From Eledone cirrhosa (taxonomy: Eukaryota), in contig OZ024762.1 in NCBI GenBank assembly GCA_964016885.1, forward strand, positions 1,860,001 to 1,924,000: a stretch of 64,000 bases of DNA. Direction: 5' to 3'. Each line of letters starts with the position of its first letter. Position 1 is the first letter of the stretch. The translations under genes were made by a program, and so were the position numbers. The notes under the pieces were generated by a model. The model did not search any database, had not been told where the DNA came from, and worked only from the letters and a program-made list of their open reading frames with translations. This document shows positions 1 to 14,522 of this stretch, piece after piece.

Positions 1-231
1 AGTGAGAACAGTTTTAACAACAGTTTTGGTAAAAGAGAGACACACACATGCACCCCACTCCCCATACTCGTTTTCTAAGCGATGTATCACAAAAAGTGGT
101 GTTGCTTTATCAGAGGAATTTATTCAAGAACGGACAAAAATATAAGTGACACACAAAAAGCAATGGAAACAAGTGAAAAGGAGCAACTGAAGGAAATCCT
201 AGTGGATGGTTGTGAAAGAGCGTACGATACA

Positions 232-460
232 TGGATCAAGGCAGTGTATATGTATGTACCTGCTTGATCTTCAAGATCAAATACGATGTGAGGTGAGATC
301 AAGGCAGTGTATATGTATGAGTTTGCTTGATCTTCAAGATCAAGTCAGTAGAAATGTGTGTGTTTGCTTGATCTTCAACATTAAAGATAATCTGAGGTGA
401 GATCAGGGCAGTACATATGTATGAGTCTGCTTGATCTTCAAGATCTTCAAGATCAAATAC
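232..460. repeat. Degenerate ~60-bp tandem repeat
   Basis: Repeated GATCAAGGCAGTGTATATGTATG...TGCTTGATCTTCAAGATCAA. Confidence 0.8.
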
Positions 461-681
461 CAGTGCATGCCAGCTTGGGTGTGTATTATTTACTGTAGCT
501 TCAGGTTACCCAATGCCTTGTGAAAAAAATTGGGTAGACAGAAACTGTTTGGAAGCCCATAGAATGGACTGATTATACCTGCAATCCAAAGGGCAATCTT
601 TATCACACACTGTGCTATACTGAATCTCCCTGAGAATTACATGAAAGGTATGTGTGTCTGGAATGCTCAGCCACTTACATA

Positions 682-855
682 ATAATTGTTTCTACTTTTG
701 GCACAGAGCCAGCAATTAATCCAGTGTATTACTGGTACTTTATTTTATCAACCCGGTAAGGATGAAAAGCAAAGTTAACCGTGGCAGGATTTGAACTCAG
801 ACCGTAAAGGGACGTAACTCTTTGCTACAAAGCATGGCGTCCGACCCTCTACCGA
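682..855 (-). mobile_element. tRNA-derived SINE family (other copies ~12519-12705, 26570-26690, 26920-27055, 30064-30170, 30945-31110, 35440-35625, 40640-40850, 48035-48225, 51250-51420, 55410-55560, 55690-55850, 61105-61295)
   Basis: Recurrent B-box-like GAGTTCAAATCC, then GAGGTTAACTTTGCCTTTCATCCTTACGGGGTCGATAAAATAAAGTACCAGT and tail GTGCCAAAAGTAGAAACAATT(ATT)n. Confidence 0.85.
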
Positions 856-1388
856 AATAAAAGATGGACTGTACCTGTAATTCACTGGGCCAGCCTTGTC
901 ACACAGATTGCATGCTGAATCTCCCTGAGAAGTACATTAAGGAGACATATATGTGTGTGGAATGCTCAGCCACTTACACGTTGATTTCACAAGCAGGCTT
1001 TCTCCATTAACCAACGAACTGAAACGTTCATACCTGCCATTACACTACAACCCGATCCTTTGGTGCGTTTAGCAGAGTTTATGAGCTCAGACTGGGCAAT
1101 TTATTCCCCCCCACCCTTTTCCTTACAAACATCTAGGGGACCCTGAAAAACTTATAGGGTCATGAGAGTTGCCCTTCCACCCATGGCCAAACCAACAAAC
1201 GAACAATACATACATAAATATAAATGTAGATTTGTCTTGTAGATTTGATTTTATTGTATCAGGTTCAGCGCTAACTTAGGTGGCCTATGAACTGCAGAGC
1301 TGTGGCCCTTTACACACACATATGTATATGTGTGTGTATATATATATTTTATTGTATATATGTGTGTATATATATATATATTATTGTA

Positions 1389-1420
<32 letters not shown>

Positions 1421-1432
1421 AATATTTATGTG

Positions 1433-1463
<31 letters not shown>

Positions 1464-1567
1464 GTAACTGTATGTGTGTATATATATAACAATGATCTCA
1501 TTAATTACCTATCTCAGACTTTTTATGTATATATATGTGTATATATGGGTATATATTTTATGTGTGC

Positions 1568-1634
<67 letters not shown>

Positions 1635-1783
1635 TATATACATATATGTGTGTGTGAATATATATATATAAAACAATGAACTAATTAACTTTTGTTCTGT
1701 TTTCATTGTTCTACCTACACACACACACACACACACATATATATACATATATACATATATTTATATATATATATGTGTATATA

Positions 1784-1814
<31 letters not shown>

Positions 1815-2179
1815 GTATATATGGTGTGTGTGTGTGTATACAAGTAGATGTATACGTATACCCCCCCCCCCCCCAAGGAAAACCAAAATTCGCACAGTCT
1901 AGTACACCTTCCCACAGGTGTAAATTTATGGATAACGAGAAGGAAGTTACTGGTCTGAAACTCATGTTGACAAACGTGAGTACTTCATCCTGCTCCCAAG
2001 TCACACTACTCTCACTTTAAACACGTGTTAAGAAGTGTTCTGAGAGTGTAAGAATATGGAATGGTCATCCGCTCAAATTGGCGCAAGTGTTTCATCACGG
2101 TTGAGGAAAGGGGCCTGTCTCGTGACATGAGTGACGAAGTGGGTATTGTGTACAGTTTGCATATACATATATATATATA

Positions 2180-2228
<49 letters not shown>

Positions 2229-2388
2229 ATAAATATTGGGTTGCCAAGTATGAAATTTGTAGAAATTTGTTTTTTTTTCTTACAAACTTCTACAAATTTC
2301 ATACTTGACGACCCCCAATATATAATTGTGTGTGTATATATATATAAACACGTTTTTATATATACATATGTGTGTGTGTGTGTGTGTG

Positions 2389-2433
<45 letters not shown>

Positions 2434-2517
2434 ATGTATATATATATTTGTGTGTGTATGTGTGTATATATATATATGTGTGTGTGTGTGACTATAAATA
2501 TATATATATTTGTGTGT

Positions 2518-4049
2518 CATCATCATCATCATCATCATCATCAACGTTTAACGTCCGTGTTCCACGCTTGCATGGGTTTGGACGGGGGTAGTCCCACTTG
2601 AGGCAAGAGTGATTGTCTTGCTCGCATAGGACTGTCTGGCAGGTTTTCTACAGTTGGATGCCCTTCCTAACACCAACCACATTTACAGTGTGGGTCTGGG
2701 AGGTTTTTACCGTGTTGCCTACACGGCCACATTACAGCGTGGACTGTGTGTTTTTTTGTCGTGACACCTACACGATCTCATTTGTTTCGGCCTCGATGGC
2801 GCGGCACCAACATAACTTTACATAGAACGGGGTGGTGTGGATGGGGTGGGGGTGGTGGTGGTGGGATGGGGTGTATTTTGTTAGAGATGCCTACTAGAGT
2901 AGGTTTTACTATATATTTAGGTAAGGCGGGTCTTCTCTGTTACTGAGTACCGCCAAAGGTCTCGGTCCAGTGACTTTGTCTTGGAGAGGTGTAAGTGTGT
3001 GATGTCGGAGTTTATCAGCTCGTCCCAGGTTTTTCTAGGTCTGCCTATTCCGTGACTACCGTCTATCTTTATTGCCCTGCACTTTGTTATACAGCTATCG
3101 ACTTTCATGCGCATCACGTGTCCATACCAACGTAGCCTTCTCTCGAGTAAACAACATCTGATCCCTCTTATCTCTAATTTTTTCCTTAGTTCGTTTATGC
3201 TTTGCCGTTCACGTATATTACTGTTACACATCCAGCGGAGCATGCAAACTTCGTTCCCCACTAGTCTGCGTATATCCTCTGCACACAATGCCCAGGTCTC
3301 ACTGCCATGCAGCATTGCTGTTCGTATGCAGGCATCGTACAACCTACCTTTCATTTTTAGGGAGAACCCTTTAGCAGCTAATAGTGGTATAAGCTCTCTG
3401 AACTTTTTCCAACCAGTTCTGACTCTAGCTACTGTACTTTCAGAGCACCCTTCCCCACTGCTGATTTTATCGCCCAGGTAACGGAAGCTGTCTACTATTT
3501 CTATAGAACCCTCTGCGCAATTGAAAGAGCTAGTATTTTGTGGGCACTTGCTGCTACTTATTGCACCAGAACACCGGCCACATGTAAAATCTATGTTCTT
3601 AGTTAGCTTACCTGTGATCCCACTACATCTTTTATGCACCCATACTTTGCATTTAGGACATAAAATGGAGTTTCTACCTACGCCTTTCCTACACACTGAG
3701 CACAACCATTTCCCAGAAGGGACCGCCGCCTTGTTTTCTTTCCTACAAACTAGTACTTTGGTCTTAGCCAGGTTAATTTTAAGTCCTTTTGACTCTAGGC
3801 CGTGCTTCCATGTTTGGAATTTCTTCTCTAGCTCGGCCATTGATTCCGCTATGAGTGTCAGGTCGTCTGCGTATAGGAGTTCCCATGGGCAGCCTGTCTT
3901 GAACTCCTCTGTTATAGCCTGAAGGGCAATAATAAATAGTAGGGGGCTGAGAACAGAGCCCTGATGGACGCCAACTTTTACGCTAAACTCTTCACTATAT
4001 TCGTTGTTAATTCTAACCTTGCTGACTGTTTCTTTATACATGGCTTGTA
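2518..4049 (-). mobile_element. 5'-truncated RTE LINE, diverged subfamily (ORF 2917-4041, RT C-terminal half with PHD finger)
   Basis: GVHQGSVLSPLLF, YADD, C4HC3 finger, RRLRWYGHV; 3'UTR and (GAT)n tail at 2518-2545; flanked by TA/TG microsatellite. Confidence 0.93.
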
Positions 4050-4248
4050 TATATAAACTCGTTTATATATATATATATATACATATATATATGTGTGTAT
4101 ATATTAAATATATATATATTTACCTTTATTTTAATGTTCAGTTGACCCCTGCTAGTGTAGTTCAAAATCAAATTTTTTGTGGTCAGTTACATGATAGCAG
4201 GTGTCAAAAAATGTACATTTACTGAAAAAAAAAAAATATATATATATA

Positions 4249-4432
4249 GAGGTAGACCACGAAAAACATGGGCGGAGGTGGTGAGAACAGACCTCAGATC
4301 GCTGAAGCTCACGGTGGAGAAGACGAAGGACCGTGACAAGTGGAGAGATGCTGTGCTGAATAAGACCCGTCCCACCCTTGCAAGCAGGGAAAAGCGGACG
4401 TAAAATTATGATGATGATAAAATGATGATGAT
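4249..4432 (+). mobile_element. Short 3' fragment of a third RTE family (other copies 34151-34304, 47606-47683, 49995-50312, 58376-58530, 60495-60560)
   Basis: GRPRKTWAEVVRTDL...[12 protein letters not shown] followed directly by (ATG)n. Confidence 0.85.
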
Positions 4433-4494
4433 AGAGGAAGAATCAACTCCAGTACTAAACTGGTACCTATTTTTATCTACTTCAAAAGAGTACA

Positions 4495-4740
4495 TAACTC
4501 AGAGATCAGAGAGTCACTCCAGGTAGAGCTGCTACTTCTCTGAATTGAGAGATTTCAACTATGATATTATGGACATGTGGTTAGAATGTCTCAGGAAAGA
4601 ATCACTGGACAGATTTGTAGCTCAGAGATCAGAGAGTCACTCCAGGTAGAGCTGCTACTTCTCTGAATTGAGAGATTACAACTATGATACTGTGGGTATG
4701 TGGTTAGAATGTCTCAGGAGAAAATCACTGGACAGATTTT
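4495..4740. repeat. Direct duplication, ~123 bp x2
   Basis: CTCAGAGATCAGAGAGTCACTCCAGG...ATCACTGGACAGATTT occurs twice. Confidence 0.88.
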
Positions 4741-4990
4741 ACGGGCAAAATCAACTGGCAAAAGACCTAAAGGTGGTGGAATAACCAAGCACCCTTCACC
4801 AGGAGCATTACAAGATAAGTCTGTAAGGCCAGGTGATAGCGTGGCTAAGGTGGTGGAATAACCAAGTACGCTTCACCGAGCGGGGGACTCTGTCAAAGGC
4901 TTTCTCCAGGTCTACAAAAGCTAAGTAGAGGGATTTACTTTTAGCTAGGTACTTCTCCTGTAGTTGTCATACAAGGAAAAGAGCGTCTGT

Positions 4991-7192
4991 GATTTCTACA
5001 GCTGGATGCCCTTCCTAACACCAACCTCATTTACAGTGAGTGCTGGGTGCTTTTTCGTGGCGCCTACACGTCCACTTTACAGTGTGGGCTGGGTGCTTTT
5101 TTGCCGTGGCATCTCCACGACCCCCCTTGCGGTGGGGGGGGGGGCATATTGTCTATATGCTTCAGCTTGTACCCATGGGAGGTCGGGTACTCTGTATTAC
5201 TGCATGACGCCAGAAGTCACGGTCGTGTGTCATTGCCTTTGAGAGGTGTAATTGGGTAAGGTCGGCTTTTATCACCTCATCCCAGGTCATCTTGGGTCTC
5301 CCCACTCCGCGGTTTCCATCAACTTCTAGTGTTCTGCACCTTTTTATGCAGCTGTCATCCTTCATACGCATCACATGTCTATACCTGCGCAACCGCCTCT
5401 CCTGCACACAGCATTTGATTCCTCTTATGCTCAATCTCTCTTTCAATTCATTTATGCTTTGTCGTTCACGTATATTACTGTTACACATCCATCGGAGCAT
5501 GCAGGCTTCGTTTCTCTCTAATCTACGTAAGTCTTCCACCTTCAGCGCCCAGGTCTCACTACCATGCAACATTGCTGTTCGGATACACGCATCATACAGT
5601 CTGCCTTTCATTCTGAGGGAGAAGCCTTTTGCAGCTAGCAGTGGTAGTAGTTCCCTAAACTTCTTCCATCCCGTTCTTACCCTAGTTATTGTACTTTCTG
5701 AACACTCACCTCCGCTGCTAATTCGGTCACCTAGGTAGCAGAAGCTGTCTACTGTTTCTACAGAGCCCTCCCAGAGATTGGTGGTACTTGTTTCCTGTGG
5801 CTGTTTGCTGCTTGCTGTCTCAGCACAGCTGCTGCATGTGAAGCCTACATTCTTAATTAAGCTTCCTGAGATCCCGCTACATCTCTTGTGTACCCATTGT
5901 TTGCATTTGGGGCAGAGAATGGAGTTCCTACCTACACCTTTCCTACATACTGAGCAAGGCCATTTCCCTGAGGGGATCTGGGTTCTGTTTTCTCGTCTAC
6001 TTACAAGGACCTTAGTCTTTGTCATGTTGACTTTGAGACCCTTTCTTTCTAGTCCCTGCTTCCAAGTTTGGAATTTATTCTCTAGTTCTACCATAGATTC
6101 AGCTATGAGTGCGAGGTCATCAGCATACAGGAGTTCCCATGGGCATCCGGTCTTAAACTCCTCCGTTATTGCCTGCAGGACTATGATGAACAGGAGGGGG
6201 CTAAGAACAGAGCCCTGGTGGACCCCAACCTGTACGCTAAATTCCTTGCTATACTCATTGCTAATCCTAACTTTGCTGACTGCTCCCCTATACATGGCTT
6301 GTACCGCTTTCACAAGCCATTCATCTATTCCTAGTTTTCTAAGAGCCCACCAGATTACAGCACGTGGAACTCTGTCAAAGGCTTTCTCAAGGTTGACAAA
6401 TGCCAAGTAGAGTGGCTTACTTTTAGCTAGGTACTTTTCCTGTAATTGCCTCACAAGGAAGAGGGCATCAGTGGTGCCTCTTCCTGGTACAAACCCAAAT
6501 TGCATCTCGTCTATTTTCACCCGGTCCCTAATCAACTGTGCTATAACTCTTTGTTACTTTCATGACCTGGTCCATCAACTTTATACCTCTATAGTTTCCT
6601 CTATCTATTGCATCGCTTTTACCTTTGTAGCAGTTGACAATGATGCTACTGCACCAATCTTTTGCTATGACACCTTCTAGTATTACCTGGTTAACAATAT
6701 GTGTGGTTATAGTGTGACCTACAGACCCAGATGCCTTCAGCATCTCGGCAGCTATACCCGATGGACCGGTTGCCTTCCCCATCTTCATATCTTTGATTGC
6801 CTTACTTACTACGCTGCTGCTGACTTGTACTGCTGGCCCCTCTATAGGGTCTACTTGGGGTAGGGTCTCTTCTTCCCATGCATTCTCCTCATTTAGTAAT
6901 CTATCATAATGACTCTTCCATGCATCTTTCTTCTCAGCACTTGTGAGGGCAGGCTCACCTTTATCATTCCGGATACACTTCTCTCCAATGACATCACAAC
7001 TATCTCTGACACACTGCCTCGCAATCTTGAATACCTCCTGTTTCTGGTCCTCACATTGCAAAACATGCTTGAATTTTCTATCCTCTGCTTCCCTCCTAGC
7101 TAAGTATACTTGTCGCCTAGCTTCCCTCTTGGTCTCTATGTAATGTACCCTGCTCCCCCCGTTCTTCCATTCTTTCCATGCCTGTCTCTTGG

Positions 7193-7196
<4 letters not shown>
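4991..7196 (-). mobile_element. Truncated, frameshifted copy of the RTE family at 20727
   Basis: ORFs 6528-7061 and 5162-6535 are near-identical to the intact ORF. 2-nt deletion near 6551, FVNLEKAFD and RRYRH substitutions, 3' tail missing; abuts another small RT fragment at 4880-4968. Confidence 0.95.
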
Positions 7197-7223
<27 letters not shown>

Positions 7224-7272
7224 ACTGGAATGATTTCACAGGAGAATATACCATTAAAGCATGTTTAAAAAA

Positions 7273-7313
7273 GCACCTACGTACATTTCGCCCGAAAAGG
7301 GCTTCTCAAGGGC
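7273..7313 (-). ncRNA. Hammerhead motif, U3-A8 core variant
   Basis: GCCC-UUGAGAA-GCCC.UUUUC.GGGC-GAAA-UGUACG-UA-GGUGC. Confidence 0.55.
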
Positions 7314-7442
7314 ATAGAAAACTAAAAAATGTTCAGTACATGACCCAGGAAGGGTTTTATATATATATGTATGTTTGTATGAATGAGTATATATATATAT
7401 ATATATGTGTGTAGAAAATGGCCGTTAAATGGTGATGATGAT

Positions 7443-7476
<34 letters not shown>

Positions 7477-7700
7477 ATCAAGTCTCCTCACGTGAATCTT
7501 CACCTGAGAGATGAACAAGACCCATGTGTCACATTCTCCCCCACCCCACCCCAGGTATTTAATAAAAAACAAAATGCAAATCAGTACACACACACACACA
7601 TATATATATATGTATAATATATACCAATTCATACATATATTTACATACATATACATACATATATATACATATATGTACATATATACACGCACACACACAT

Positions 7701-7746
<46 letters not shown>

Positions 7747-8175
7747 ATGTGTGTATATTGTGGCTCTGTGGGAGTTTGTTGTTTTGTTTTATAAATAAAT
7801 GGATGAAAATAAACTAACATTTACTATTGTATAGAAATGAAGGGTTCCCATCGCTGAGAAAAATCATTTCTATATACACGTGTCTGGTCTAATTCTTATC
7901 AGGGTTTGTCTTAAGAATAAAAATGTCTTATCAGTATTCTAATGTAAATTTGGTTCATATTGGACTGAAGGGCAATATATATATACACCACTGTACCATC
8001 ATCATCATCGTTTAACGTCCATCTTCCAGTCTAGCATGGGTTGGACGGTTTTGTCCCACGTGAGACGACATTGATCAGGTGACCGTGTCTCGCTTGTACA
8101 GCACTGTCTCTCTGGCAGGTTTTCTGTGGCTGGATGCCCTTCCAAATTTTAGTGAAATTCAATTGTATGCATGTG

Positions 8176-8238
<63 letters not shown>

Positions 8239-8625
8239 GTATATATATATAGCTTTTCTTTAGGTTTGTTGGTTCACCACTGGATAGAACTGGTCACGTT
8301 CCAATCTTCGGTTCACACATTAGACCATACAGACACACATTATCGATTCTTTGGGTAGCATTTTTTCGCGGCATTTTCTAACATGAATGTAGTTTGACCC
8401 TTACACTACACTTCTTTCTCCCTTTCTTTCTTTCTTCCCCTTCTTCTTTGACGGAGTGGTGGTAGCGCATTGTAAACATTCGCCCTCTCACCAGATATTC
8501 ATTGGTAGTTTTTCGGTTGCTAACACTTTGAGGGCGGCTGGCTGAGAAGCTAGTCGTCCGGCCGTCCCCTCTGTTTCTGATTTTTCGGACCCATGGCTTT
8601 TTACATATTCCTTTGTTATATTCCA

Positions 8626-8683
8626 ACACCTGATGATATCACCGGATTCATATGGAACCCGGTCATTGAAATGATCATAGTAT
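8626..8683 (+). ncRNA. Type I minimal hammerhead motif
   Basis: ACAC-CUGAUGA-(ACCGG/CCGGU stem II)-GAAA-UGAUCA-UA-GUAU then AAUAAA; palindromic stem III. Confidence 0.62.
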
Positions 8684-8729
8684 AATAAACCTTTCAAGGA
8701 TTTACACCAGTCCAGCCTCCTGTTATTTC

Positions 8730-8849
<120 letters not shown>

Positions 8850-8942
8850 GTATATGTAAAAGGTAAACAGAAATAACAACACAATCAGTACAGTATATGG
8901 AAGGGATATATTAGGTTAACGCTTGATATAGCAGGAAGAGGG

Positions 8943-8978
8943 TCTTAACGTTTCGGACACTAGTCCTTCATCAGAAAA
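8943..8978 (-). ncRNA. Minimal hammerhead motif within the same repeat family (8853-9075)
   Basis: UUUU-CUGAUGA-A-GGAC.UAGU.GUCC-GAAAC-GUU-AAGA. Confidence 0.58.
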
Positions 8979-9289
8979 AAGAAGGAGAAATAAACAGATT
9001 GAGGGGTCGGGCAGGGTGGAATTGGAAAAAATGTCTTTAGATAAAAATAACAGGTCCATTCATGTTGACATCTCTTGAAAAACTGTTGGGGCTGGCTTTT
9101 TTTGTATGTATGTATGTTTGTATGTACATATATATGTGTGTATGTAGATATATATATGTATGTATCTGTGTTTGTATGTATGTGTGTGTGTAAGTTTCTA
9201 CGTATGTGTGTATGTATGTATGATATATATGTATATGTATGTATATATGTATGTATATTTCTATGTATGTATGTATAATAATAATGAAA

Positions 9290-9850
9290 ATTATTGTGTA
9301 CAGTGCTCAGGTGTACTACAACTCATCAAAGGTATATGTATAATACATAGAATAATGTACAAAAGTCAGGAAAATTAACAGTGTACGAGTCATGATATAC
9401 CTGTGTGTGTGTCTATGGAGGGGGAATATTAGGTGTAGTGTTGGCGAATCTCAGGAAGCATGGAGGTTTTAAAGGATGCAGTGTCTCGACAGCTAACAAC
9501 TGATGCAGGGAGTTTGTTCCAAAGGATGCAGTGTCTTGACAGCTAACAACTGATGCAGGTAGTTTGTTCCATGGAGGTTTTAAAGGATGCAGTGTCTTGA
9601 CAGCTAACAACTGATTCAGGGAGTTTGTTCCATGGAGGTTTTAAAGGATGCAGTGTCTCGACAGCTAACAACTGATGCAGGGAGTTTGTTCCATGGAGGT
9701 TTTAAAGGTTGCAGTGTCTTGACAGCTAACAACTGATGCAGGGAGTTTGTTCTATGCTTCAGCAACTCTGAGCGTGAAAAAATGTTTCCAAAAGTCATGG
9801 GAGCTGTGCTGTTTTCTGACTTTGTTGGCATGCCCATGTGTTAGACATAT
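9290..9850 (-). mobile_element. CR1-like LINE 3' end with an internal ~59-bp tandem amplification (9459-9752); related pieces at 52660-52930 and 54650-54915
   Basis: Translates as FFTLRVAEA(W)NKLPASVVSC.DTASFKTS, a typical CR1/L2 ORF2 terminus. Confidence 0.75.
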
Positions 9851-9901
9851 GGTATTCTATTTGTGTATGTATGTATGTGTGTGTGTATGTGATAGAGAGA
9901 G

Positions 9902-9987
<86 letters not shown>

Positions 9988-10272
9988 ATGAAAGAGAGAC
10001 AAGAGAGAGAGAGGTAGATGAAAGAGAAGGGAGTGGGGATAGAGAGAGTGAGAGAGAGGGAGTATGTGAGAGAGAGGGAGTATGTGAGAGAGAGAGGAGA
10101 GGGACTTGTAGTTTCTTTTAACGACCTCGTAAAAATGAAAGGCAAAGTTGACTTTGGCGGGATTATAAAAAAAGTGTTTATTAATATAGAAGCTAATAAA
10201 AGTAATTATTTTATTATAATTACAGCAAATCATGTCAATATGTGAAGCCTTGAGGCTCTGACAGTAGGTCAA

Positions 10273-10805
10273 CCCTTTAGCATTTAAACCAGCCAGAATT
10301 CTCTCACCTCTTTCTGTTGAAACTGGCTGTAACCAGCTGCTCATACTGATGTTAAGGTATTGTTCTTAAAATAGATAATATCAAAATATCATAGATTCGA
10401 TATTATGTGAGGTATTATGTGAGGTAAAGCCTTTACTGTGAAAATACAATAGTATATATAGAGTAATGTAAATGTTATGTGAGATATTATGTGAGGTAAA
10501 GCCTTTACTGTGAAAATACAATAGTATATATAGAGTAATGTAAATGTTATGTGAGATATTATGTGAGGTAAAGCCTTTACTGTGAAAATACAATAGTATA
10601 TATAGAGTAATGTAAATGTTATGTGAGATATTATTTGAGGTAAAGCCTTTACTGTGAAAATACAATAGTATATATAGAGTAATGTAAATGTTATGTGAGG
10701 TAAAGCCTTTACTGTGAAAATACAATAGTATATATAGGGTAATGTAAATGTTATGTGAGATATTATGTGAGGTAAAGCCTTTACTGTAATATAAATGGTA
10801 AAGGG
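10273..10805 (-). mobile_element. piggyBac-type MITE with ~6 internal units, inverted orientation
   Basis: CCCTTTAGCATTTAAAC ... TAAATGGTAAAGGG|TTAA. Confidence 0.83.
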
Positions 10806-12212
10806 TTAATACAGCCACAGATTGTAGTTAAATAACAATATCTAATTTAGGCACAAGACCAGCAAATTCTGAGAGAAGGGGAAAGTTGATTAACCCTTTA
10901 GTATTTACATTATATATATATATATATATATATACTGTTGTATTTTTATGGTAAAGGATTTACCTCACATATATACTGTTGTATATATGTGAGGTAAATA
11001 TATATACTGTATATATACTGTTGTATTTTCATGGTAAAGGCTTTACCATGAAAGGATGGAAGGGGATGGTGAAAAAACTATAGCAAAACAGCTGTTGGCG
11101 TTCCATTTGCTACACTGTGTGTGAATGTATGTGTGCTTGTGTGAATGTATGTTTGTGAATGTGTATTTTTGTATGTGTGTTTGCACATATATATTTGTAT
11201 ACTCATACATATAAATGTATGCATATATACATACACACACATATACACATACACACACACATATAAACATACACACACATATACACATACACGCATACAC
11301 ATATACACATATGCGTCAGTGTGTTGAAAAAAATCCTAGATATTAAAATTTGAGAGAAGGAGAAAGTTGACAAAAATCAACCCCACTATTTAACTGGTAC
11401 AAATATGAAACTGCAAGGATGAAAGGACAAAAGTTGATTTGGCATGATTTGAACTCGGAACATAAAGAACTGGAACAAATACTAAAGTAACATGTTATCC
11501 GACGTTCTACCGATTCTATGAAAAAGAAGACCCCCCCCACACACACACACACACACAAAAAAAATCACGTGCCACCACCCTAGAGTTAAATAACAACAGA
11601 AATATGTGCACACAGCAGTCTATAGGACTAAATAACTAGATATATTATAAAAGCGCGTTTATTAATATATGAGCTAATGAAAGTCCATTGTAGGACTGTG
11701 TTATTATTTGAACTAACGACTGCTCCCACTGTATTCTTTCGTTGGTATTTACTCAGACTTAACTTCCCTCTATTCAACCAGTCGTTCAGCTTTGACAGGA
11801 TTTACTTTCCTTGTTGTATTGGTAGCTTTTGTTGTTGATTAGTCTTTAAATCTTGCCAAACAGCATAGCTAATTCACCATAACTTTTATTGAAGACATAC
11901 ATAAATAATACATCATAAAATATACATATATGCATACTCATACACACACACACACATATATAGACTCTTACAGGCACACACACACACACTCATACACACA
12001 CACACACACACATACTCTTACAGGAACACACACACTCACATCCACACACTCACACACCCACCCACACACTCAGTTGCAATCACACACATTCACTGACATA
12101 TGCACAAACAAATATTTTCCAATGTGTAGCTCTTCTAACTCACCTGTCAGGAGTTTCGATCAAGTTTCTAGCATTGCAACAATTTTCAATCTACTGGTGA
12201 TCTACATCAGAC

Positions 12213-12483
12213 CTGCAGCCCTTTACAAGCACACCTGCGGCCCTTTACAAGCACACCTGCGGCCCTTTACAACCACACCTGCGGCTCTTTACAACCACAC
12301 CTGTAGCCTTTTACAAGCACACCTGCGGCCCTTTACAAACACACCTGCGGCCCTTTACAAGCACACCTGCAGCCCATTACAAGCACACCTGCGGCCCTTT
12401 ACAAGCACACCTGCAGCCCTTTACAAGCACACCTGCGGCCCTTTACAACCATACCTGCGGCCCTTTACAAGCACACCTGCGGC
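12213..12483. repeat. 22-bp minisatellite
   Basis: (CACACCTGCGGCCCTTTACAAG)~12. Confidence 0.92.
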
Positions 12484-12761
12484 TCGCACAAAGGTTTTTA
12501 GAGCAGGAGAATAATATATAATTGTTTCGACTTTTTGGCATAAGGCCAGCAATTATGCCAGTGCATTACTGGTACTTTATTTTATCGACCCCCGTAAGGA
12601 TGAAAGGCAAAGTTAACCAAGGCGGGATTTGAACTCAGAATGGCAAGGGCCGTAACTCTATGCGTCAAAGCATGGTGTCCGACCCTCTACCAATACTGCC
12701 AATCTCGGCCTAATATATAATATAAAAAAATTAGTTATAATGTGCGCAATTAGTTGTTATG

Positions 12762-12915
12762 TGTGGTCCTCAGACAACACATGTGACCCATGTGGTCCTC
12801 AGACAACACATGTGACCCATGTGGTCCTCAGACAACACATATGTGACCCATGTGGTCCTCAGACAACACATATGTGACCCATGTGGTCCTCAGACAACAC
12901 ATATGTGACCCATGA
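12762..12915. repeat. ~30-bp minisatellite
   Basis: (GTGGTCCTCAGACAACACAT[AT]GTGACCCAT)~5. Confidence 0.9.
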
Positions 12916-13394
12916 GGCCCTCGGGGGACCCTCATGGCTGACCTGTCTTGCAGTTAATACAGCCTTAAAACTGGGTGCCTGGCTCCTTGACCTTATAGTT
13001 ATTATGGTCTTGACCAATAAATTGAGTCATTAGCTCTATGAGCTGGCAGTTAATATGGTCACAGCTAACATTTGCTAGCGAGGGCGAGGTTGCAAAAGTG
13101 TTTATACAAAAAAAACTGTGCAAATCGAATTGAAAGGTGACGAACATGCGAACATAACGTCATAGTATGGCGATTTCTAGGAAAAACAGATCTGTAAAGG
13201 TGGGGGTGTAGTGATGCTCGGGTAAAACAAATTGAGTCAATAGAGGGTGTTACCATGACTGAATGAAATATGTTAGGGAAGTAACCTTAAATAGATTCAA
13301 TAAACCAGGTATTTTAAATAAAAGTGGATAGTCAGATGTAGGGAAATTTTTTTTTTGTTCTTCAAGTAAATGGCTTACACACATATATCTATAC

Positions 13395-13467
<73 letters not shown>

Positions 13468-14522
13468 CACATGCATAAACACACATATATATACATCTAT
13501 ATATTTATATATATATACATCTATATATTCATATATATATACATACATATATACATGCATATATACATATACATATACATACACATACATATACATATAC
13601 ATATACATACATACATATACATACATAGATATATATATATTCATATACACATATATATATATATATATACATATACATACATATATATATATATACATAC
13701 ATGCATATATATATATATACATATACATACATACATACATATATACCTACATATGTACATACATATATACATATACATACATACATATATACCTACATAT
13801 GTACATACATATATACATATACATACACACATATATATTATATATATATATATACATATATATATACATACATCTCCATATACATACATATATATATATA
13901 CATACATATATACATACATATATATATATATATACATACATACATATACATATATACATACATATATACATATATATACATACATATATACATATATATA
14001 CATACATATATACATACATATACATACATACACATATACACACATACATACATGTACATAGCTGTACACTAATAGACACAATATCATGCCTTTGTGGGGA
14101 GGGGGGTGCATTCTATACCACTCCACAACCAAAAATGTATCAATATATATATGTATATATATGGAATAGAATGAAACAACAGTGAACCTACCACCCTATA
14201 CACATGCATACCAGGTCGAGGCACAATAAATATATTACATATGTAAATGAAACTTCTTTGTTGCTTCATTCTATTCCATTTATATATATATATGGGTGGT
14301 GGGTGTAAAATACCAGGTGGACCACAACCCACCAGAATACTGAGTCTTTTCATATATATATATATATATATATGTGAGTGTGTAGGTGTAGAAATATCTG
14401 TAGGTGTAAAAAAGGGAAGTATAAAATACTATTCATTTCTCAAATAATATACTACTATCTCTCTCTAAATTGGAATTATTGATGCTCTGAAACAAGGTCC
14501 ATCGAGCTTATTTATTGAGAAC

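Noticed and set aside
1251-2601. Many YI/HT/CV-rich ORFs here and throughout the window
   Set aside because: Translations of (TA)n, (CA)n and (GA)n microsatellites with no coding signal.
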